From Planctomycetota bacterium (GTDB lineage Bacteria > Planctomycetota > PLA2 > JAEUHO01), in NCBI GenBank assembly GCA_050248855.1, contig JBFWRP010000025.1:1-64000 (forward strand): 64,000 nt of DNA. Direction: 5' to 3'. The position numbers and the translations under genes were made by a program. The notes below the pieces were generated by a model. It was not told the DNA's origin, did not search any database, and saw only the letters and a list, made by a program, of their open reading frames with translations. Below, in pieces: positions 58,601 to 64,000 of the stretch. Each line of letters begins with the position of its first letter. The stretch's first letter is position 1.

Positions 58601-60278
58601 CGCGGAAGTCGTCCTGGTCGTAGAGGCCCGTGGGGACATCGAAGTAGGGCCGCGTGAAGCCATCAGGCGCAACGCCCTCGCCGGCGCTCAGGATCTTCCC
58701 CACGGCCAGCGTCTTGTTGCGCTTCGACTTCCCGTACTTCTCCTCCTGCTCCTTCGTCCAGACGGGCTTCAAGGACCCGTCGCTAAGGCGCAGCTTCACG
58801 GACTCGGCATCGGCCTTCCGCGTCCCACGCCACTCCACGCGTGTGTAGGCCTTGTCCCGGTCCGGCTTCACCTTGAACGTGACCCACTCGGAGGTGAACG
58901 ACACGTCCTCGCCCGTGAGCGTCGTGACGTCGCGGAAGTGCCACTTGAGATCGGCGGGGTCCACCCACACCACGAACTTGTGCCCCATGAAGCGCAGCAG
59001 CGTGTCGACCATCACGGGGAACTGCCCCGAGGCGACGACGTCGGGGATCTCGGCATCGAGCAGGTCGAGTTCCGTGGACACGAAGGCGTCACCCGTCGGC
59101 GGCGCGCAGCCGTAGAACCTGAGCAGCGCGGCGTTCTGCTCGAACTGGTGCCGCAGGACCTGCCCGATCGTCTTGCCCGTGAGCTCGCCGTCGTACTCGT
59201 CGCTCTCCGTGTCGGTGACGTTGTAGTAGTAGGCGCCCACCTTGTCGGGCCGAAGCAGCGTGACGAGCCTCGCGTTCCAGTGGGCGTCGTAGCAGTGCCA
59301 GTCCTGCGATTCGGTCGGGTCCGCGGAGAGCTGGCCGTCGGCGACCCACCCACGGAACCTGACCGCGCCGTCGTGCAGCACGCGCACGGTCTGCCCCGGG
59401 AACAGCAGCGCGGTCTGGCGGTAGTCGCCTGAGACCCGGAACGTGGCACTGTTCGACTTCTGCCCGTAGCCCTGCGTCACGCGCACGAGGTCGATCCGCG
59501 GCGTCATCGAGGACAGTTCGTCCAGCCCGTAGAAGGTGTTGCCGATCTCGACCTGCCACCCGGCGCCGGGTGCGGGCGGCGGGCCCGAGGGGTTCCACTC
59601 GTCGGCGAGGTCGTAGCAGGCCAGGTTGTCCACGCGCACGTCGTCGCCGTAGACCTGGTCGTGGAGTTCGACGCCGGAGGTGTGGAGCCCGCGCAGGATG
59701 CCGACGTCCCCGGTCCACGAGAGCCGCAGCGTCCCGCGGTCGATGGTGGTCTGCGTGCCGACGTAGACCTCGACCTTCGTGTCGTCGCCGCCCGCGAGGT
59801 CCTCGACGCGCACGGCCCACTCGACGCCGGCGTTGAGCTGCGTCGCGCTGATGTCCGCTCCCGTGTACGTGGCCCCGAGCTGCGTGGCGACGCCGTTCAC
59901 GACCTTGAACAGCCGCAGTTCCGGGTTCGCCGTGCCCATGGACCGCAGCCGCGCCACGAGGCAGTTCTTGGGATCCACGTAGCGCACGACGATCGCGACC
60001 TCGCGGCGGCCTGCGAAACCGGCGTTCTTCCACTTCGCCCACAAGGCCGTGCGGTGCGCCTGGCGCCCAGGCGAGGCCGTGCTCTTCGCGCGCCAAGTGA
60101 CGCCGCCGATCGTGCGCGAGGGAAGCCCGCGCCCGTGGCCGTCAACGACCGGGCGCGTGCGGCCGAGCGCGTTCACGTCGCCGCTCGCGGGGAACGTGAA
60201 CCCCGGCCACACGACGTTGAAGTCCGGATAGCCGGCCCCGTCGAAGGTGTGCTGGAAGAGGAGGTTCGCGGCCGGCAC
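55698..60278 (-). CDS. Large phage tail tip/host-interaction protein (~1526 aa)
   Basis: Long ORF downstream of the tape measure gene; GTG start with GGGGAG RBS; beta-rich N-terminus and C-terminal Trp-ending repeats. Confidence 0.7.
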   Translation of the reverse strand: MPAANLLFQHTFDGAGYPDFNVVWPGFTFPASGDVNALGRTRPVVDGHGRGLPSRTIGGVTWRAKSTASPGRQAHRTALWAKWKNAGFAGRREVAIVVRYVDPKNCLVARLRSMGTANPELRLFKVVNGVATQLGATYTGADISATQLNAGVEWAVRVEDLAGGDDTKVEVYVGTQTTIDRGTLRLSWTGDVGILRGLHTSGVELHDQVYGDDVRVDNLACYDLADEWNPSGPPPAPGAGWQVEIGNTFYGLDELSSMTPRIDLVRVTQGYGQKSNSATFRVSGDYRQTALLFPGQTVRVLHDGAVRFRGWVADGQLSADPTESQDWHCYDAHWNARLVTLLRPDKVGAYYYNVTDTESDEYDGELTGKTIGQVLRHQFEQNAALLRFYGCAPPTGDAFVSTELDLLDAEIPDVVASGQFPVMVDTLLRFMGHKFVVWVDPADLKWHFRDVTTLTGEDVSFTSEWVTFKVKPDRDKAYTRVEWRGTRKADAESVKLRLSDGSLKPVWTKEQEEKYGKSKRNKTLAVGKILSAGEGVAPDGFTRPYFDVPTGLYDQDDFRGAVCTNDDGHLRLVVTHSSTRFWLSPPSWGGGTPPPAGTPYTLNLLSKDALAELSAQGVGRGFYYAGPTYICGYPSAASGLKINNLWQHGFCGRATAFTKGEDGIVHSEEYQYRVNVPNQMQRSAGWCDTTIKISEKPKPSIGLVNFLPPAGGSPPTSACVPGNTNRPSQMPLVDIEIEVPVTEAEAAWFAEPPDVDDRPAFHGPAFSDDPAVWDGAGEPYDDDWRCTQTYIVDDPDFVDMEQEVGLRKAAKAILDVKSQKQYLFEVGVATPWKAAPPDAMQPASTARWAGMSKRITLSSALRTTQFEASTDLQVFKVTWDVLGNRTVLEAGTASGWMAFEGIDISKAFSEARVLKKAARMIKDVEDFRNCLLTKPEDRIGGVQKGPIDACDVTIINEQVRRVVSVEQDDADKVRNITHQGLRTWLDEELSIGPHADNPGANIAVPGRDGPAAKQAIDGPVLRSHANPDIPFQGPAPGNNGDRGRYGGQIVTNAALDGRPPREIYRRGGFAFRKREDGAMGYDGPPGVEYSALGADGAPTGLWTTFTSARSLPNQRAPLSMLGHGSTQHQLLGMARELARALGRVEDQVAEALLAPGEIGDGYPDGAPADLASLMRVAGAANPWLRPVPQSFEDPGGLVFQGPMNDLGADAEMLWRVRTPEMLLMRVSEVGPGAGTNGGSYVWDTSGPGGSTEFLASASVIHKQIDPVAMTADIRFPGAVTPTPALNPFGFDHEGMLLNATGMGLPAGAGGTLPIPPYARGRVGLWASFGEEASMGAPLPPGTTYQVQIDVAWKASPWGPPTPGAPQNVPVADGTGQGTALFLYPGGYVTPGLRKPSDIAVSAVYTPGGGTAPPNMGLNLLGIGVEVAVVEGGYALLTKESMEASEDWRTNHAQPVERFLAMDVWAMEVTKSLTESLQVTESWDLELNPGVVEFDALGLDEAWVLDVTKQIDESLEVAEAWDMVLNP

Positions 60279-60280
60279 GG

Positions 60281-60943
60281 TCAGCTCCCCACCGCCGCAA
60301 GCGTGCGGGCGTAGCTCGAGGCGCCCGAGCCCCGGAACGTGTAGCCGACCTCCTTCGCCCACCAGCCCATCTCGTTCTTGGGCTCGAAGTCGCGCCAGAC
60401 CATGCCGAGCCAGTAGGCCTCGACAAGGAGGACCTCGTCGCCGGCCATGATCGCGTGGAGCGGGATCCCGACCGTGAGCGAGGAGAGGTCGAAGGCCGTC
60501 CCGGTGGCGTTCAGCACCGCGCCCAGCGAGAAGAGCCCGACTCCGGCGCGGCGCACGAGCACGATGTCGCCGTTCATGTACGGGTGTCCTCCCGCGATCT
60601 GGATGAAGGGCGATCCCAGGCTCGTGACCACGCGCAGCGTCGTGTCGTCCTCGATCCACACCACCGGGTCGGTGCGGTGGATGCGGGCCTCCATGCCGAG
60701 GCGCAGCGCCCGCTTCACGGCGACCCAGCCCTTGCGGGTCTTCGAGTCCGGGTTCGGGAACCCCAGGCACCGGGCTTCGAGATCGACGCCCGCGTTCGCG
60801 CTCGCGGCGATCACGAGCACGCGCGGCTGGTCGATCCCCTGGAACTCCTGCATGAGCGTGCGCGCGTAGCGCTCTTCGGGCGCGATCGCCTCGCGCCAGA
60901 GGCGGAAGTCGCCGTAGTACAGACGTCCCGTCGCTGCGCCCAC
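60281..60943 (-). CDS. Phage tail protein, unknown function
   Basis: Tightly packed between the tape measure gene and the large tail gene. Confidence 0.6.
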   Translation of the reverse strand: MGAATGRLYYGDFRLWREAIAPEERYARTLMQEFQGIDQPRVLVIAASANAGVDLEARCLGFPNPDSKTRKGWVAVKRALRLGMEARIHRTDPVVWIEDDTTLRVVTSLGSPFIQIAGGHPYMNGDIVLVRRAGVGLFSLGAVLNATGTAFDLSSLTVGIPLHAIMAGDEVLLVEAYWLGMVWRDFEPKNEMGWWAKEVGYTFRGSGASSYARTLAAVGS

Positions 60944-60944
60944 G

Positions 60945-62921
60945 TCAGGCCGCCTTCTGGAGCTGGTCGAGCGCCTGCTTGAGCTTCGCCATCTCCGACT
61001 TGAGTTCGTTCACGGCCTTGACGACCTGGCCGACGCCCGTGACCGCCTCGCCGACGGAGGTACGCACCTGCTCCAAGCCCTGGGTCGTGTCCGTGAGACC
61101 CGTGACGAGTTCCTTCACCGGCGCGTCGAGTTCGCCCGCAGCGTCGGCGGTCTTCCGCGCGCCCTCGGCCGCCTCCTTGGCCGACGGCGCGATCGCGCCG
61201 AGCGCGTCCGCCGTCTCCCGAGTCGCGGAGGCCGTGTCCTCCAGCGCCTTCGTGGCCTCTTCGCGACCGTCCCGCGGGGCCTCGCCCGTGGACGTGATCG
61301 CAGGGAGCGGCGGCCCCGGGAACGCCGGCGCCGTGGGGCCGCGGTCCCCGCCTCGGCGGTCGTGGGGATGCCCAGGCGCGCCGGGCGCGTCGTCGTCCTC
61401 GCCCCGGCGCCCGTCGTCCATGTCGCCGGCGCCGCCACCCCACTCGGAGAAGGGCCCGCGCTGGTCCAGGCGCCGGCCGCTGCGGATGCCGCCCAGGCCC
61501 GAGAAGCGCCCGTCATGGATCGAGCGGCCCATGCGGCGACCGATGGCGGCGCGTCTTCGCTTCTGCTGGCGCGTCGCGTCACGCCGCGCCTGCCGCGCCG
61601 CGGCGAGGCTCCCCTCGACGAGGTTCTCGTCCTCGTCCAAGCGGTCCATGCCGACGCCGGCGTCGTTCAGCCTCGCGTCGCGCTTGGCTGTGCGTGCCTG
61701 CGCGGACTTCTGCTTCGCCTCGCGCGCGTCCTCTTCTGCCCAGAAGCGGCGCTGCTCCTGGATGACCTTCATGGCCTCGACGCCGTACTGCTTGATCAGC
61801 TCGATCTCACGCTGGCGGCGCTCCTCGCGCTTGCGCAGTTCGTCGGTGCCGGCGGCCAGCAGCGCGCGCTCGCTCCTGAGCTTGGAGACCTCCTCGTCGG
61901 CGGCCTCGGCGAGGCGGCGGCGAACCTCGACGCGCTTCTCCTCCTCGCGCTTGGTCTCCTCGGCGGCGCGCTTCTCATCCTTGGCCTTCTCCTCCCGGGC
62001 CTTCATCTCCTTCTCGTACTCGATGGCCTGCCGGACGGCTTCGGCCTCCTCGCGCTTGCCCTCGTTGATCAGGTCCTGGATCAGCTTCTGGCGGCGCTTC
62101 ATCTCCAGCTGCTCGGAGGAGAGCGTGAGGATCTCGAACTCGCGCCGGGCCTGCTCGACCAGCGCCTGGGTACGCTCGCGCGCGGCTTCGGCCTCGCGGC
62201 GCTCGATCTCGGCCCGCTGCTCGGCTTCCTTCTTCACGCGCGCAGCGGAGGCCTCGGCCGCCTTCTCGTCCTCCTCCCGGCGGCGCCGACGCGCCTCGGC
62301 CTCCTGGCGATCCTCCTCGAGGGCCCGATGCTCGGGGCTCTTCGCTCCGGCCTTGCGCAGTGCGATCCGGTTCTCGATCCCGCGCTGCTCGGCCTTCGAG
62401 CGGGCATTGATGAGCTCGATCTCCTCGCGGATCTGCCGCAAGTCCTCGGCCTTCTGCTTGGCGAGTTCGCGGGCGCGCTCGGCGTTTCGCTTCGCCTCCT
62501 CGGCGGCCTTCTCCTGCTCGCGCCGGAGCTTCTCCTGCTCCTCCTTGGCCTTCTGGGACTCGGCGCCGAGGAACGAGAGCGCACTCGTGACCGCGGCGAT
62601 CCCGAGCCCGATCACGCCGCCGCCAGCGAAGCCCATGACCATGGTCGAGAGCAGGCCCCCGACGCGACCGGACGTGGCGCCGGCAACGTCGCCGAGCTGC
62701 AGCAGCCCGGTCACGGCGTTGCGACCGCCCGTGGCGAGCACGCCCATGCTCACGTTGCTGCGACGGCCGAGTTCGTCCATCGCGCGCGTGCCCCGGCGGC
62801 TCGTCTCCTCCGCGGCCTGCCCGACCTGACGCGTGGCCTGGGCGGCACGCTTCATCCCCTGCTCGAGGTTCGACACCTCGGCCGTGGCGGTCGCGCGGAG
62901 ATTGCGAAGGGTGCCGGCCAT
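60945..62921 (-). CDS. Tail tape measure-like protein
   Basis: N-terminal MAGTLRNLRATATA, Gly-rich hydrophobic segment and long charged coiled coil; position after the tail chaperone. Confidence 0.7.
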   Translation of the reverse strand: MAGTLRNLRATATAEVSNLEQGMKRAAQATRQVGQAAEETSRRGTRAMDELGRRSNVSMGVLATGGRNAVTGLLQLGDVAGATSGRVGGLLSTMVMGFAGGGVIGLGIAAVTSALSFLGAESQKAKEEQEKLRREQEKAAEEAKRNAERARELAKQKAEDLRQIREEIELINARSKAEQRGIENRIALRKAGAKSPEHRALEEDRQEAEARRRRREEDEKAAEASAARVKKEAEQRAEIERREAEAARERTQALVEQARREFEILTLSSEQLEMKRRQKLIQDLINEGKREEAEAVRQAIEYEKEMKAREEKAKDEKRAAEETKREEEKRVEVRRRLAEAADEEVSKLRSERALLAAGTDELRKREERRQREIELIKQYGVEAMKVIQEQRRFWAEEDAREAKQKSAQARTAKRDARLNDAGVGMDRLDEDENLVEGSLAAARQARRDATRQQKRRRAAIGRRMGRSIHDGRFSGLGGIRSGRRLDQRGPFSEWGGGAGDMDDGRRGEDDDAPGAPGHPHDRRGGDRGPTAPAFPGPPLPAITSTGEAPRDGREEATKALEDTASATRETADALGAIAPSAKEAAEGARKTADAAGELDAPVKELVTGLTDTTQGLEQVRTSVGEAVTGVGQVVKAVNELKSEMAKLKQALDQLQKAA

Positions 62922-62924
62922 GGG

Positions 62925-63437
62925 TCAGTCCGCCCCCTCGTCGAGCGTCTCGGCCGCCTTGGGCTTCGCGTAGATCAGATCCATGCGCCGGCCGACCTCG
63001 GCCTCGATCGCGGCCATGGCCTGCTCCTTGACCGAGTCGAAGCCGGCGCGGATGAACGACTGCGGCGGGACGACGAACGTCCCCGTCTTGGTCTTTCGGA
63101 CGTAGCCGAGCTCCAGGTGCGCGGGGTGCCACCACTCCTTGCGCCCAGGGTTCGCGCGCTTGGGCGTGGGGCGAGGCGCGAGGATCCCCTTGTCCACGAA
63201 GACGGCGACGCCGATGCGCTTGCGCGACCGGCGACTCGCGCGCAGCTTGATCGACTTGCGGAGATTCCCCGTCTTCCGCGGCACGCGCGCCTTGATGGCG
63301 GCGAGGATCACCTTCCCCCCGGCACGCAGCGCCGGACGGAAGACCTTCTTTTGGGCTCCGAGTGCGAGCGCGTTGAACGCCGCCTCCAGTTCCTTGTCGC
63401 CCGCGAAGGTCACGACCATGGACTTGGACGTGCTCAC
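62925..63437 (-). CDS. HK97 gp10-like phage morphogenesis protein
   Basis: ALRAGG, VPRKTGNLRKSI, HLELG and PQSFIRAGFD motifs. Confidence 0.8.
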   Translation of the reverse strand: MSTSKSMVVTFAGDKELEAAFNALALGAQKKVFRPALRAGGKVILAAIKARVPRKTGNLRKSIKLRASRRSRKRIGVAVFVDKGILAPRPTPKRANPGRKEWWHPAHLELGYVRKTKTGTFVVPPQSFIRAGFDSVKEQAMAAIEAEVGRRMDLIYAKPKAAETLDEGAD

Positions 63438-63438
63438 G

Positions 63439-63705
63439 TCAGCCTCCGCGGCTCGTGTTCACGCGGTCGACGAAGGAGAGCAGTCGCTGCCAGGACACCG
63501 CGGGGTCGTCGCCCGGCCGCGAGGCGCGCGAGCGCGGACGTGCGGGCTCCAGTCGCTCGCCACCGTCCAGCCACCGGAAGTACGCGTCCCATTCGGAGAC
63601 CTCCCGGGAGCTGAGCTGCCCGAGCAGCAGACGCGGGCTCGCTACGTGGAGCTCGCGGCAGAGTCGGAAGAGGAGTCGCCGCCAGGGGTCGCTACGGATT
63701 TTCCC
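63439..63705 (-). CDS. Tail assembly chaperone GT extension (reached by -1 frameshift)
   Basis: Frame reads GKIRSDPWRRLLFRLCRELH...LSSREVSEWDAYF directly after the G GGA AAA slippery site. Confidence 0.75.
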   Translation of the reverse strand, partial: GKIRSDPWRRLLFRLCRELHVASPRLLLGQLSSREVSEWDAYFRWLDGGERLEPARPRSRASRPGDDPAVSWQRLLSFVDRVNTSRGG

Positions 63706-64000
63706 AGGAGCGCCGTGACCTCCTCCTCGCTCACGGCCGAGAGGCGATCCACGACGCGGTAGAGCCGGTCGAGCACGCGCGCGTCCTTCTGCGCGAGGAC
63801 CTCGACGTCCTCGATGCGGAAGATCGGCTTCCCCTCGGCGTCGCGCGCCGCGCGCACCACGGCCCGGGCGTGGAGGCGCTTGCGTCCCGCGCCGGGGGCG
63901 AAGTCGCCGGCGGCGGCGAGCTCGGTGCTCTCTTCCTCCAGTGCGTCGCGCTGATCGGCGGTGAGCGGGTGGACGTGGACCACGATCCCCTCGCCCCACT
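63642..64000 (-). CDS. Tail assembly chaperone G (5' end outside the window)
   Basis: VHPLTADQRD, DAEGKPIF and VLDRLY...LS...LLGKS; ends just after the slippery heptamer. Confidence 0.75.
   Translation of the reverse strand, partial: WGEGIVVHVHPLTADQRDALEEESTELAAAGDFAPGAGRKRLHARAVVRAARDAEGKPIFRIEDVEVLAQKDARVLDRLYRVVDRLSAVSEEEVTALLGKSVATPGGDSSSDSAASST

Larger units (their letters stand above)
47809..64000. mobile_element. Prophage (siphovirus-like tail module) integrated at tRNA-Asp, extending beyond the window
   Basis: tRNA-adjacent tyrosine integrase, cargo cassette, lysis-like genes, tail genes, tape measure, HK97-gp10-like gene and tail chaperone with slippery site. Confidence 0.85.

Noticed and set aside
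55698..60278. Diversity-generating retroelement targeting the tail protein
   Set aside because: No reverse transcriptase and no TR/VR repeat pair seen in the window

Overview
High-GC bacterial chromosomal window. A Planctomycetota/PVC-like host is inferred from the long N-terminally extended GreA and the general gene complement; this is not proven. Positions 1-47.8 kb are mostly core or metabolic genes. They include: a tightly coupled six-gene operon (gabD-gabT-nitrilase family-long PLP decarboxylase-ATP-grasp ligase-C45 Ntn hydrolase); a Cys-motif GAF/PAS hybrid kinase; an actinobacterial-style arsenic cluster; a split choice-of-anchor-I/phytase-like lipoprotein; TDO; a putative sigma54-driven CX5R/cytochrome c fusion followed by a Trx-NHL gene and moaA; greA, tRNA-Arg, rluB, manA, rsmD, pdxJ, dapA, an amidase, hsp20-clpB, a PASTA protein, an ECF sigma factor, ugd, an MFS transporter and a serine hydrolase. 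Two families of palindromic intergenic repeats occur, and each supplies the stop codon of one gene. From tRNA-Asp (47730-47808) to the window end lies an integrated siphovirus-like prophage. It has a tyrosine integrase, a more AT-rich cargo cassette (GIY-YIG-like, C5 DNA methyltransferase, DUF4928-like, vsr pseudogene, GIY-YIG), a lysis-like module with no recognisable endolysin, tail genes, a tape measure gene and a tail chaperone with a -1 frameshift site. All calls come from motif recognition by eye; no database searches were run.
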